The notes under the pieces: generated by a model
What the model saw: only the letters and a program-made list of their open reading frames with translations
What the model was told of the DNA's origin: nothing
Databases searched by the model: none
Part shown: piece after piece, positions 53,566 to 63,645 of the stretch
Layout: every line of letters begins with the position of its first letter
Numbering within the stretch: position 1 is the stretch's first letter
Made by a program: the position numbers and the translations under genes
From: Bacteroidia bacterium
GTDB lineage: Bacteria; Bacteroidota; Bacteroidia; J057
Assembly: GCA_041741415.1 (NCBI GenBank)
Contig: JBGSKC010000032.1
Location: forward strand, 20,446-84,445
DNA length: 64,000 nucleotides
Direction: 5' to 3'

Positions 53566-55701
53566 CTAGCCCCGGATCGGCACAGCCAGCGATACCTTCG
53601 TTCCTTTTCCCTCCTGGCTGGTCATCCAGATTCTGCCGTTGAGCATCTCTGTCCAGAGCTTCACCAAATGCAGGCCAAAGCCCTTACCCGATCGCTTGGA
53701 GTGGAATTTGCGGTACAGCTCAAAAGGACTGTCTTCCTTGCCCTCAATGTTTACCCCGATTCCGTTGTCTTCGACGTGCAGCCACACCTTGCCATGCTTG
53801 CATTCGGTGGAAACATGGATTTCGAGGGGGCGGCGCTCGTCCCGAAATCGGATGGCATTGTTGAGCAGTTCAATGAGAATGCCCTGGATGTTCTCTTTCA
53901 CCCCAAACACGGTTTTGGCTGCGGAAAAATCGACGTGCAAACTGGCCCTGGCCTCCATCATCCGCTGACTCATGTCCATGGTGATGGGGCGCAGCAGGCT
54001 TTGCCATTCATGGAGCTCAGGAATTCCGCTGATGATGTTTTCCATGTTGAGCAACTGGGTCATCTCATGGATGGCCTTGTCCAGTTCTGCCGAGCTATCC
54101 TGCAAGATCATCCTTTGCTGTTCAGAAGGAATCTCGACATTGTTGAGCATGAGGGTAAGGATTCCCTGCAGTTGCGCCACGGGCACCCGCAGGCGATGCG
54201 ACAGCGTTGCCGAGAACTCCTTTAGCACCTGCTGCTTTTGCAACAATTTCTGGATAAGAGATTCCTGCATGGCGGCCAGTTCCCGCTCAATCGTTACCTC
54301 TTGCAGGAGACCTGCGAGGTATTCCGTTTCCCCGTTTTCTCCTCGCTGCACCTCCGAAATGGTGAGGATGAAACTGCGCTTGGAGCCATCCTCAAGCTCT
54401 ACTCCATACTCTGTGGACAAAGGAATCATTTCCTCGGTCATGGTTTGGAGGAGAAATTTCAGGTCAAAACGCGTTTCCTCTTTCATAAAAGGAAAGGGGA
54501 AAACAGGATCGGGCAGATAGGTAAAGGCCAGATTGTGCATCCGATAAAACCGGTGTGACCAGTGTGCCACACCCTGCCTGCGATTCCATACCCAGGTAGC
54601 AAAATTAGATTTCTGGGTGGCCATGCGCTCGAGGTGTTCAGGAATCCTTTCCCGGGTGGCGAGCAGTTCGTTCAGGTGAAAATAATGGTACACCAGGCCA
54701 TTGTTGCCCTGCTGGTTGTGATAAGCCCGCCAGGTGAGCCGGGAAACAATGCCTTCTCTTTTCTGGGACGAAGGCAGCACCACCTGTGCTACCTCTTCCA
54801 CCCAGCCATCGGTGAACAGCCGGTTCCAGGCCTCCTGGATCCGAAGCCTGTCGGCTGGCAGATAGGATTGTTCCCACCAGCGGGCGAAGTCGGGCCGGTG
54901 AGCAGAATCCACCCCGAGCAGGTCATAGAGCGCCTGAGAGGCAAACCAGCAGTGCGTGCCGTCGAGGTTGGTGATACAAACTGGAAAAGGAAAATGGCGC
55001 AGCAGGCGATCCAGCATGAGGTAGGGGCCGGTATTGTCAGGACTCCCCTGGCCATGCTCCGCTGGCAACTCTCCCTGATGATGCCAGAGAGCAGCCTTTT
55101 GCCGGGAAATTAATTCCACGCTGGACAACTGAACCAGGAGGAGCGGGTCGGGTTCTGGCGAGGCAGCAGAAAGATGCAACTGGCAGGAAAACAACTGAGT
55201 TCCCTGTGCATTGGCCAACCAGGCTGGCCATTGGCTGGGCTTGGTGGCCACGAGGCCGTCCCAGTCTTCCTGATGAAATTGGCCCTGAAACAGCAATTGC
55301 GACAGGCTTGGTGCATCCTGGTGTTGCTTGCCCTGCAAGCCCAGCCAGCCAGCTGCCGCGCTGTTGGCGGCCACAAGCTTGCCGTTGGCCGGATGGCACA
55401 GCAAGGAGGGGAGAGGAAGCAGATCCAGCCAAAACAGAGAGCCCGGTTGGTGGGTCCGTTCGGCAGATGTGTCCAGAGATCCAGATTTTGAACTGAACAA
55501 CAGAATGGCTGCAGTCAAACCTGTGTCTGGCAGAAAGGCGTCCCAGCCAAACAAATGCAAGCCGACTGCAACGGCCAGCAAAAAGTACAATCCGGGCACA
55601 AAGCTTATCAGAGCAATGATTGCAGAAAAGAGCAGGGAAAGAACGGATGGACGTTCTAAATACATAAATATCGGTAGGCCGAAAGGTTTAACGAATTGCA
55701 A
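53566..55701 (-). CDS. PAS-domain sensor histidine kinase
   Basis: N-terminal TM segments, about 3 PAS-like modules, H-box FSATLSHRLRVPVAQL, and HATPase motifs ELLNNAIRF, DNGIGV, GKGFGLHLV. Confidence 0.9.
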   Translation of the reverse strand: MQFVKPFGLPIFMYLERPSVLSLLFSAIIALISFVPGLYFLLAVAVGLHLFGWDAFLPDTGLTAAILLFSSKSGSLDTSAERTHQPGSLFWLDLLPLPSLLCHPANGKLVAANSAAAGWLGLQGKQHQDAPSLSQLLFQGQFHQEDWDGLVATKPSQWPAWLANAQGTQLFSCQLHLSAASPEPDPLLLVQLSSVELISRQKAALWHHQGELPAEHGQGSPDNTGPYLMLDRLLRHFPFPVCITNLDGTHCWFASQALYDLLGVDSAHRPDFARWWEQSYLPADRLRIQEAWNRLFTDGWVEEVAQVVLPSSQKREGIVSRLTWRAYHNQQGNNGLVYHYFHLNELLATRERIPEHLERMATQKSNFATWVWNRRQGVAHWSHRFYRMHNLAFTYLPDPVFPFPFMKEETRFDLKFLLQTMTEEMIPLSTEYGVELEDGSKRSFILTISEVQRGENGETEYLAGLLQEVTIERELAAMQESLIQKLLQKQQVLKEFSATLSHRLRVPVAQLQGILTLMLNNVEIPSEQQRMILQDSSAELDKAIHEMTQLLNMENIISGIPELHEWQSLLRPITMDMSQRMMEARASLHVDFSAAKTVFGVKENIQGILIELLNNAIRFRDERRPLEIHVSTECKHGKVWLHVEDNGIGVNIEGKEDSPFELYRKFHSKRSGKGFGLHLVKLWTEMLNGRIWMTSQEGKGTKVSLAVPIRG

Positions 55702-55836
55702 TCATTTGATTCAGCCAAGGACCTTCAATCTACCAAATACCGTTCTCTTTCACTCACCGGTTGTTGCATTTTCACCAAAAACGAATGGATTTCCTTATCT
55801 TCGTTAAGGCGATCCTGATCCCTTTCAGATACTCCT

Positions 55837-56880
55837 ATGCCAACTCCATTTTCCTCTCCAGACCACGGCTCCGAGCTGCTGCCATCTCAGCCAGACCAGC
55901 AGCGAGCGGTGGCAGAACGAGCGCCAACGCAACAAGAAGAGCGTCTCTGCCCCAACTGCGGAAAAAAAGGTAAACCGAAATGGAAATTTTGCCCGTCCTG
56001 TGGCCAGAGAACCGGCATCAGCCGCCTTCGCCTCCGAACTCTTATCAGCGACGCACTCAGGGAGGAATTCCACCTCAACGGCAAAACCCTGCTCAGCCTC
56101 CGGCTGCTGGCGCTGGCACCCGGGCAGCTGACCCAGGCCTACCTTGCCGGCATGCGAAAATCGCTGCTGAGCCCTGTGAAGCTGTTCTTATGGGCAGGCT
56201 TTCTCCTCCTGGCTGTAATGATCCCGATCATCGGACAGCTGGAAGTGACCGTGAAAGGTGCGGAAGACTTCAGCAAAGGCTTCCAGGAAGGGGCTAAGTT
56301 GAGCCAGGTTGACCTCCCTCCTGACTCCAGCCAGGCTCTGCCGCCTGTTTTTCAAATGGACAGCAGCACCCGGGAGCAGGTCTTCGGCAGCGAACAGGAC
56401 ACTGCCTCTGGTAGCCTGAGCCGCTGGAAAGCCTACAGAAAGGAGCGTCTGAAAAAAGCAGTTGAACTGGCCAACCAGGACCCTGCCGCATTTTTGCAGC
56501 ATTCAATCAGCAACTTTCCCTACGTCCTGATCACCATTCTGCCCTTCTTTTCCCTCCTCTTTACCCTGGCCTACCACCGCAGGGGCCTTCGTTTCCTGGA
56601 TCACCTCATCTTTTTACTGAACCAGCACTCCCTTCTCTTCCTCGTTCTGGCGGCAGCCATTGGCCTTTTCCATCTGGGGCTGTCTTCAGCGGCTACTACC
56701 AACGTTCTGAAAGGGGCATTCTTCCTTTTGGTGGTTCACAACCTGCTGGCTTTCAAGCGGGTGTATGGTCATTCCTGGGCAGGGACCATTTTTATCGGCG
56801 GCTTAATCGGCTTTTTGTACCTGCTCACAGCCCCTGTTATCATGCTGATCATCAGCATTTTAGTAGGACTCCTTTCCTAA
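55837..56880 (+). CDS. DUF3667-like zinc-ribbon membrane protein
   Basis: CPNCG-x10-CPSCG zinc ribbon, then ...LAPGQLTQAYLAGMRKSLLSPVKLFL, then about 5 TM segments. Confidence 0.6.
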   Translation: MPTPFSSPDHGSELLPSQPDQQRAVAERAPTQQEERLCPNCGKKGKPKWKFCPSCGQRTGISRLRLRTLISDALREEFHLNGKTLLSLRLLALAPGQLTQAYLAGMRKSLLSPVKLFLWAGFLLLAVMIPIIGQLEVTVKGAEDFSKGFQEGAKLSQVDLPPDSSQALPPVFQMDSSTREQVFGSEQDTASGSLSRWKAYRKERLKKAVELANQDPAAFLQHSISNFPYVLITILPFFSLLFTLAYHRRGLRFLDHLIFLLNQHSLLFLVLAAAIGLFHLGLSSAATTNVLKGAFFLLVVHNLLAFKRVYGHSWAGTIFIGGLIGFLYLLTAPVIMLIISILVGLLS

Positions 56881-58127
56881 TTTTTTGGTGCATTCACTGG
56901 CCCCCGCGACCGGGCCATAAACAGCACCCAGGCCATCAGCATACTGGCTGATGCGAGCCACAGGGGAGAAGAAAGCGAATAAGACAGCACCGCGCCTCCC
57001 AAAAACGGCGGCAGCATCTGGGCCAGCGACTGCACCGATTGCTGCATTCCGAGGGTTTGCCCCTGGATTTCAGGTGGCGCAAGGTTCGAGACTGTTGCCG
57101 TGAGGTTTGGGTTGATCAGGCCCTGGTTAATGGCTACCAGCGGCATGAGCACATACAATCCCCATGCTTTGTCGGGAATCAGGAGCAGCAAAAAAGCAAT
57201 AGACAGGGCAAGCAGGCAAATGCGCAAAATGGCTGCAGGAGCCGCCCTGCCAGATAGATAGCGAACCAGCAGGCCCTGGGTGAGCACAATCACGAAGCCG
57301 ATATAGCCGAAAATGTAGCCAATGTCGGATTGACCAAAATCAAATTTGCGAATGAGAAACACCTGGATGAACTGGGTGAAAAAGGTGAACCCAAACACCA
57401 CAAAAAACACCACCATGAAAATAGAACTCAGGGCCGGATTGGAGAAGGCGCGCTGCAGGTTGTCAATGTTGGTGGACAGGGTAATGGTCATGCCGGGTTG
57501 CGGATGGAGGTTTGTTTCCCGAAACAACAACCTGACCATCACGATATTGACCACCACGAGGATTGCAGAGACCAAAAATGGCGTCACAAAGCTGAACCAG
57601 GAAACTAGTTCACTATCCGACAACACCCCGCCCATCACCGGCCCGATGACGAAGCCCAGGCCAAAGGCAGCCCCTACCAGCCCGAAATTTTTTGCCTTGT
57701 CTTCGGGGCGGCTCACATCGGCGATGGCCGAATAAATGACCGACAAATTGCCGGCTGAAAAGCCTTGAATTGCCCTGCCCAGCAGCAGCAAAGGCAGGCT
57801 CGACAACCAGATCGAGGCGGCGATCACAAGGTAGGCTAGCAGGGTGCCAGACAAAGTGAGGTATAGGACCGGTTTGCGGCCATACTTGTCGGAGGCGGCT
57901 CCCAGCATGGGCGCACCCACAAACTGGAACAAAGAAAACATCCCGATTACCAGGCCATAGAGCAGGTTTCGGGTGTTTTCCGCGACTGAAGGGCCCAGCA
58001 AATCGTTGCTTTCGATGAGCAGCGGGGCGAGAATCGGGATGATGAGGGTTACCCCCAGCATGTCGAGAAAAACAGTGAGAATAATGGTAGGAAGCACCCT
58101 GGCTCCCTGCTGGGCAGGCTGGTTCAT
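56877..58127 (-). CDS. MFS transporter (TCR/Tet-like drug:H+ antiporter family)
   Basis: 12 TM segments. Motif A-like GAASDKYGRKPVL. FLDMLGVTLIIPILAPL N-terminus. ATG at 58127 chosen; the upstream 45 codons are not MFS-like. Confidence 0.85.
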   Translation of the reverse strand: MNQPAQQGARVLPTIILTVFLDMLGVTLIIPILAPLLIESNDLLGPSVAENTRNLLYGLVIGMFSLFQFVGAPMLGAASDKYGRKPVLYLTLSGTLLAYLVIAASIWLSSLPLLLLGRAIQGFSAGNLSVIYSAIADVSRPEDKAKNFGLVGAAFGLGFVIGPVMGGVLSDSELVSWFSFVTPFLVSAILVVVNIVMVRLLFRETNLHPQPGMTITLSTNIDNLQRAFSNPALSSIFMVVFFVVFGFTFFTQFIQVFLIRKFDFGQSDIGYIFGYIGFVIVLTQGLLVRYLSGRAAPAAILRICLLALSIAFLLLLIPDKAWGLYVLMPLVAINQGLINPNLTATVSNLAPPEIQGQTLGMQQSVQSLAQMLPPFLGGAVLSYSLSSPLWLASASMLMAWVLFMARSRGPVNAPKN

Positions 58128-58279
58128 AACAACAGGCAGATTCTGGCTGAATGAGTCGCCGCCAAAGGTAGGATCAATTTGGCAGTGAACAAGGCTTCGC
58201 CGAATTGGTTTGTAGGAAGGCATTCGGAAAAACCGGAACATTCTGTCAAATTTGTTCGGCATCCCAATCTGCTTTCCCC

Positions 58280-59314
58280 GTGACCCACATTCCCTTTCCG
58301 ACGCAAGCAGCGCTATTCGAACGGATCAAAGAAATCCACCCGGAAGTAAACCTGGCACGGGAGATTTCCACCTTGCTCAAAACGGGGCTGGATGCCTCCT
58401 ACCGCCGCATCAGGGGCGAAACTGTGCTGGATGTGGAGCAGCTTCGGATCATTGCGCAGCATTTTCGCCTCTCCCTCGACAGTGTCATCTTCGCCAACGA
58501 GCCGGGATCTGTTACCTTTCGTTCCTCCAGCCTGGCCCAGCGAAATCTTCCCCGCCACACGTATTTCGACAACCTCCTTTCCCTTCTCCGCCATTTGCGC
58601 GAACGAAAAGCCTCGGAGATCATCATCACCAACAAAGACCTGCCCACCTTTCAACTGTTCCAGTTTCCAAAACTGCTGCGCTTCAAGCTGTTTTTCTGGC
58701 AAAAAACAATGTTTGACGATCCCTCCCTCACTTACTCACGGTTTTCCCTGGCCAGCACCGACTCCGACACCAACCGCATCCTGCACATTTGCCAGAAAAT
58801 CGCCCGGGAATATGCCCAGATCGACTCCACTGAAGTGTGGAACGCCGACATGAGCACAGGACTCGCCCGGCAAATCCGATATTACCTCGATACCGGCCTC
58901 TTTGAACAACCCGGTGAGGCCCTGCTCCTCCTCGACGAGGCCGAAGCCATGTTTCAGGCCCTCAACCTCATGGCCCAGCAGGGGGAAAAGCAACTGGTAA
59001 ACAACCCTTCCTTTCGCGGCGGCAGCTACCAGATTTTTCACAACGACCTCATTGTCAACGATAACGTTATGACGGCTCAGGTCGAAGACCGACTCCTCAC
59101 TTTCCATGTTTACAACTCCATCGAATACATTCAAACTGCCCATAAAGGCTATAGCGAACATGTCCGGCTCTGGCTGGAGAACCTTCCCAAACGCTCCGAC
59201 CAGATTTCACAAGTCTCGGAGCGGCAGCGAAGCCGGTTTTTCTTCAAGGTGATTCAGCCCATTGAGCAACTCCGCACGGATATCCAAAACAGTTCCACCA
59301 AGGCGAATACTTAG
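58280..59314 (+). CDS. putative HTH transcriptional regulator (Bacteroidota helix-turn-helix family, about 340 aa)
   Basis: N-terminus LFERIKEIHPEVNLAREISTLLKTGLDASYRRIRGET.L..EQL..IAQHF.LSLD resembles a family I recall being annotated only as an HTH-domain protein. The start is uncertain (GTG at 58280 or TTG at 58205). Confidence 0.5.
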   Translation: MTHIPFPTQAALFERIKEIHPEVNLAREISTLLKTGLDASYRRIRGETVLDVEQLRIIAQHFRLSLDSVIFANEPGSVTFRSSSLAQRNLPRHTYFDNLLSLLRHLRERKASEIIITNKDLPTFQLFQFPKLLRFKLFFWQKTMFDDPSLTYSRFSLASTDSDTNRILHICQKIAREYAQIDSTEVWNADMSTGLARQIRYYLDTGLFEQPGEALLLLDEAEAMFQALNLMAQQGEKQLVNNPSFRGGSYQIFHNDLIVNDNVMTAQVEDRLLTFHVYNSIEYIQTAHKGYSEHVRLWLENLPKRSDQISQVSERQRSRFFFKVIQPIEQLRTDIQNSSTKANT

Positions 59315-61440
59315 CCTCTGGCCTTCGGTTTCACTTTTTCGAGTACCAGCGCCATCCGTATGTCGTCGTACCCAACACTCCCATGAAGGTGCTCAAAATA
59401 GGCCTTCAGCGGCTGATCGGTGCCCAGCAAGGCAAACACCTGCCGAAGGATTTCCAGGCTCCCCGGCTTCATGAGGCTGGCAAGGTCGAGGTCGTAGCCT
59501 TCTTCAAAGAGCCCTGCCAGATGCCCGCTGATGGTGGAAGGTTGCGCCTGCCGTTTCTGGGCAATGGTGGCAATGTCCCAGCCCTGCAAGTAACAGGCAA
59601 GGGTCACTTTTGGCGAAACTCCCTTGGGAAACTGGCCTTCATGCCCGGTTTGCCTGATCAAAAACTGCTGAATCAGGCGCAAAAGATCCGGGCCGTACTT
59701 GGCCTGCTTGGCCTTGCCCAGGCCCTCCACCTCATCGAGGTCATCGGGCACGAGGGGTAGCCGCTGCACGAGCTGTTCGAGGGTGAGGTCGGAGATCACA
59801 TAATAAGGACGAAGGCCTTCCCGTGCGGCAGTTTGGAGGCGAAAATCGCGGAGCGCATCCTCGAGGGGCTTGAAAAAGCGGTCTTTGGCGGTGCCAACGG
59901 GCGTTGCCGCGGGCACGGGAGCGCTGTCTGCCGGTTTCACCACCTGGATTTTGCGCTGCCCAAGCAGCACTTCCTTTCCCGCCCCGGTGATGGTGAGGGC
60001 ATTTCCGTGTTCGTAGGCGATGTCAAGCAGGCCGAGGTGCAAAAACTGGTGAAGATAGGCCTGCCAGTCTTTGGCTGGCACATCGCGGCCCGCGCCATAG
60101 GTTTTGATTTCGTGAAACTGCCTGGCCAGCAGGTCTTTTCGCTGCGATCCCCGCAGGATGTCAATCAGCATCTGGATACCCACCTGTTGCTGGGTGCGGG
60201 CCACGGCAGAGAGTGCTTTTTGCGCCAGAACGGTGCCATCAAATGAGGCGGGCGGCGATTCACAGGTGTCGCAGTGGCCGCAGTCGGCCTCGAGTTCTTC
60301 GCCGAAGTAGCGCAGCAAAATTCGCCTGCGACACATTTGCGCCTGTGCAAACTGGAACATCCGCTCCAGTTTGGCTTCCATTACCTCTGCCTGGCCACTT
60401 TCTTCCAGGAACTGCCGGTGCTGAATTACATCGGCATAGCTGAAAAACAGCAGTGCCTCCGAAGGAAGCCCGTCACGCCCCGCTCTTCCGATTTCCTGAT
60501 AGTAGCTTTCGAGGTTTTTGGGCAAATTGTAGTGAACCACCCAGCGCACATTCGGCTTGTCGATGCCCATGCCGAAGGCCACGGTGGCGCACATGATGTC
60601 GAGCTTGTCGTTCAAAAAATCATCCTGAACCCGGTAGCGGGCTTGGGGCGTCATGCCGGCATGGTAAAAAGCGACTGAAAAACCCTGGGCTTTCAGCTTT
60701 TGAGCGAGCGACTCGGTGGATTTGCGGCTGATGCAATAGACGATGCCAGCCTGGCCAGGGCGCTTGCGCACAAACTGCACGATGTGCTGAATGCGGTCCT
60801 GGCCGGGCACTACTTTGAGGTGAATGTTGGGCCGGTCGAAGGAGGCAAGGAACCCCTGCGGATTCCGGAGGGAAAGGCGCTCGGAAATGTCCTGGCGGGT
60901 GAGCCGGTCGGCTGTAGCGGTGAGGGCAATCATAGGAGCGTCGGGGAGCACGCGCCTGATTTCGCCGAGGCGGGAATATTCTGGCCGGAAATCGTGGCCC
61001 CACTGGCTGATGCAATGGGCTTCATCCACCGCGATGAGGTTCACCTTCACCCTGCTCAGCAGGCGGGTTGTGTCTTCAGTGAGCAGCCTTTCCGGAGATA
61101 CATACAACAGCCGGATTTCAGCAAGCAGGAGTTCTTCGACAAGGGCCTGCTGCTCGCTGAGGCTTTGGGAACTATTGAGGAAAGCCGCAGCTATTCCATT
61201 GGATTTGAGCGCCGAAACCTGATCCTGCATCAGGGAAATGAGCGGTGAAATGACAAGGGTGAGGCCCGGCTGAAGGAGTGCTGGCACCTGATAACAAATA
61301 GATTTCCCGCCGCCTGTCGGCATCACCACCAGGCAGTCTTTTCCGCCCGCCACCGCCTCGATGATCTCGAGCTGAAGCGGGCGAAAGTGCTGATAGCCGA
61401 AGTGTCGGCGCAGAATGAGGACAGGATCTTCGTGTTTCAT
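59311..61440 (-). CDS. recQ: ATP-dependent DNA helicase RecQ (full length, with RQC/HRDC region)
   Basis: LRRHFGYQHFRPLQLEIIEAV, PTGGGKSICYQVPAL, DEAHCISQWGHDFRPEY, a zinc-binding CGHCDTC, and a C-terminal HRDC-like LRDFRLQTAAREGLRPYYVISDLTLEQL. ATG at 61440. Confidence 0.93.
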   Translation of the reverse strand: MKHEDPVLILRRHFGYQHFRPLQLEIIEAVAGGKDCLVVMPTGGGKSICYQVPALLQPGLTLVISPLISLMQDQVSALKSNGIAAAFLNSSQSLSEQQALVEELLLAEIRLLYVSPERLLTEDTTRLLSRVKVNLIAVDEAHCISQWGHDFRPEYSRLGEIRRVLPDAPMIALTATADRLTRQDISERLSLRNPQGFLASFDRPNIHLKVVPGQDRIQHIVQFVRKRPGQAGIVYCISRKSTESLAQKLKAQGFSVAFYHAGMTPQARYRVQDDFLNDKLDIMCATVAFGMGIDKPNVRWVVHYNLPKNLESYYQEIGRAGRDGLPSEALLFFSYADVIQHRQFLEESGQAEVMEAKLERMFQFAQAQMCRRRILLRYFGEELEADCGHCDTCESPPASFDGTVLAQKALSAVARTQQQVGIQMLIDILRGSQRKDLLARQFHEIKTYGAGRDVPAKDWQAYLHQFLHLGLLDIAYEHGNALTITGAGKEVLLGQRKIQVVKPADSAPVPAATPVGTAKDRFFKPLEDALRDFRLQTAAREGLRPYYVISDLTLEQLVQRLPLVPDDLDEVEGLGKAKQAKYGPDLLRLIQQFLIRQTGHEGQFPKGVSPKVTLACYLQGWDIATIAQKRQAQPSTISGHLAGLFEEGYDLDLASLMKPGSLEILRQVFALLGTDQPLKAYFEHLHGSVGYDDIRMALVLEKVKPKARG

Positions 61441-61582
61441 CTTCCTGAGCGAAGGTACAAAAGCCGAAAGGTGTTTTGCGAAAAAAGAGAAGGAAAAAAC
61501 TTGCCCCAGCAAGCGTTTTAACGAACTTCGCCGTCTGGTTACCGTTGTAGGCGGTTTGATTTCCCTAACAAAATTTTACATC

Positions 61583-62179
61583 ATGAGGCGTCTGTGGAGT
61601 TTAGGCCTGTTGTGGGGCTGGCTGAGTCTTGGCAGTGTGCAAGGCCAGACGATGGTGTATGACGCCATGTTTTATGGTGAAAAAGTAGGCACCATGACGG
61701 TGAACCGGCACTTATCGGGCAATCAATCAGAGATCCGGGCGGAGACCCATCTCGCCATTCGGGTGCTCGTTCAAACTGACCTGAAAGTGATCTACCACAG
61801 TGTGTTTCAGGACGGTAAGCTGCTGCGATCCAGCACCGAAAACCAGCGAGATGGCCGCGTGATTGCCAACAGCAAAGGTTGGCAGGAGGGAGGAAACTAC
61901 CATTTCACACGGGATGGCCAGCAAAAATCCTATTCGCAGCCAATCGTTCATTCTGCCACCAGCATGTTTTTCCTTGAACCACGGGGCGTTTCAAAAGTGT
62001 TTTCTGAGCGAATCGGCGAATATGTGCCCCTTGAACGCCAGGCCGATGGCCGCTATGCCCTCAAACTTCCCACGGGCGACATCAACTACTACACCTACCG
62101 CAACAACCAGCTCACCGAAATCGAAATTAATTACGGCTGGTTCTCCATGACCTACGTTTTGCGGCAAACACCCCGTTAG
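61583..62179 (+). CDS. secreted hypothetical protein (beta-rich, DUF3108/DUF6134-like)
   Basis: Signal peptide MRRLWSLGLLWGWLSLGSVQGQ, then about 175 aa of beta-strand-rich sequence. The family assignment is a guess. Confidence 0.5.
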   Translation: MRRLWSLGLLWGWLSLGSVQGQTMVYDAMFYGEKVGTMTVNRHLSGNQSEIRAETHLAIRVLVQTDLKVIYHSVFQDGKLLRSSTENQRDGRVIANSKGWQEGGNYHFTRDGQQKSYSQPIVHSATSMFFLEPRGVSKVFSERIGEYVPLERQADGRYALKLPTGDINYYTYRNNQLTEIEINYGWFSMTYVLRQTPR

Positions 62180-62302
62180 GCTTAAAAGAGAAGCGTCAGG
62201 ACACCGACAGATCTGTTGCTTCCTCGTTTTTGCAGGTTGTGCCGGGAAAAGGAATTTACTTATTTAACAGCCAGCTTTTTCAGACGTTTTGCCACCTTTC
62301 CC

Positions 62303-63298
62303 ATGACACCTTTTCACCTCGACGCAGAACAGATTCCGGCTCTCGAACAATTTCTGCGCGAAAAGCACTGGATCGCCCCCGCTGAGAGCCTGCTTTCTGC
62401 CAAAAAACCCGGCGAGGGCAATATGAATTATACCCTTCGCATTCGAACCAGCTTCAGGTCCTTTATCCTCAAGCAATCCCGCGCCTACGTCGAAAAATAT
62501 CCCAGTATCCCGGCCCCCAGAGAACGCGTTGTGGTGGAAGGGCACTTCTATGAGCTGATCCAGCAAATTCCCGAATTGCGCGCGGCTACGCCCGAGATGA
62601 CGTTTCTTGACGAAGAAAACGCCATGATGATGCTGGAGGATCTGGGCGAATCAAGCGATTTCAGCTTCCTCTACCGCTCCGACAAACAAATCAAGCCAGG
62701 GGAAATCGAAGAGATCATGGGGTTCCTCTCTTTGCTGCACCGGCAAATTACCCCGGACCACGCAGGGACTTTCGATTTCAGCAACCGCGCCATGCGGGAA
62801 TTGAACGCCGAGCACATTTTCCGCTATCCTTTGCTGGTGGAAAACGGATTTAACCTCGACCAGGTAACGCCAGGCTTGCAAGATTTGGCGATGGAATACA
62901 AGCGGGACCAGGAACTCGTACGGAAGGTCGAAGCCTTATCGGGCCATTATCTTGGCAGGGGAAAACATCTGCTTCACGGCGATTATTACCCCGGCAGCTG
63001 GCTGCGCACGTTGAATGGCGTGAAGATCATTGATCCGGAGTTCTGCTTTTTCGGCCCTGCCGAATTTGACCTCGCCGTGACCCTTGCCCACAACGATCTG
63101 GCGCAGCTCGGCCCTGAAACCCGTGCCGCCTGGCTGGCAGCCTACCATCGCCCCCCGGGCTTTTCCGAAGCCCTCCTCTGGCCCCTGGCGGGCGTCGAAA
63201 TCCTGCGCCGCCTCATCGGCCTGGCACAGCTTCCCCTCGACATGAACCTCGAAACGAAGGCGCGCCTGCTCAGGGAGGCGAAAAAGATGATTGGGTAG
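62303..63298 (+). CDS. aminoglycoside-phosphotransferase-fold kinase (methylthioribose-kinase-like)
   Basis: GEGNMNYTLRIRT...FILKQSRAYVEKYPSIPAPRERVVVE resembles the MtnK/APH N-lobe. HGDYYPGSW and IDPEF form the catalytic/Mg loop (H.D....N...IDxE). Confidence 0.75.
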   Translation: MTPFHLDAEQIPALEQFLREKHWIAPAESLLSAKKPGEGNMNYTLRIRTSFRSFILKQSRAYVEKYPSIPAPRERVVVEGHFYELIQQIPELRAATPEMTFLDEENAMMMLEDLGESSDFSFLYRSDKQIKPGEIEEIMGFLSLLHRQITPDHAGTFDFSNRAMRELNAEHIFRYPLLVENGFNLDQVTPGLQDLAMEYKRDQELVRKVEALSGHYLGRGKHLLHGDYYPGSWLRTLNGVKIIDPEFCFFGPAEFDLAVTLAHNDLAQLGPETRAAWLAAYHRPPGFSEALLWPLAGVEILRRLIGLAQLPLDMNLETKARLLREAKKMIG

Positions 63299-63389
63299 GC
63301 TGGTTGGGGATCGCTGCGGGAAGTTTGGATGCGGGAGCCGAGAGGCGGAATCTGAAAAGCTTCGCCAGTTCGCAAGAACCCACCTATGG

Positions 63390-63457
63390 CCCCTCCGAAG
63401 GAGGGGAAAGTGATTCGTGGCATCGCCCAGACTGTTAAGTCCCCTCTTGAGAGGGGA
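63390..63457. repeat. pair of GC-rich perfect hairpins CCCCTCC-gaa-GGAGGGG (63390..63406) and TCCCCTC-ttga-GAGGGGA (63440..63457)
   Basis: Each stem is 7 bp. The second is followed by tttaggggtgtgt. In frame they read PPKEG...SPLERGFRGV, a pattern I associate with extragenic repeat elements that get mis-annotated as ORFs in Bacteroidota. Confidence 0.55.
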
Positions 63458-63593
63458 TTTAGGGGTGTGTCCTGGAACCGGGACCAAAGGCTCCGCCGCT
63501 CCCAGCACCAGGGGTGCGTCATGTCAATAGCCGCAGGCTGGTCCGTTTTTGTGGATTCTCCCGGCGGCTATGAAGCCGCCGGATAAACACCAA

Positions 63594-63615
63594 CAGGCGG
63601 GATCACTCCCGCCTG
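63594..63615 (-). terminator. hairpin CAGGCGGGA-tcac-TCCCGCCTG, likely terminator of the 63646.. gene
   Basis: 9-bp perfect stem 31 nt downstream of the minus-strand stop, followed on that strand by TTGGTGTTTAT. A second hairpin, CCGGCGGC-tatgaa-GCCGCCGG, lies at 63561..63582. Confidence 0.55.
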
Positions 63616-63645
63616 CGGTTTCGACATCTTAACTCAATCGTGGTC

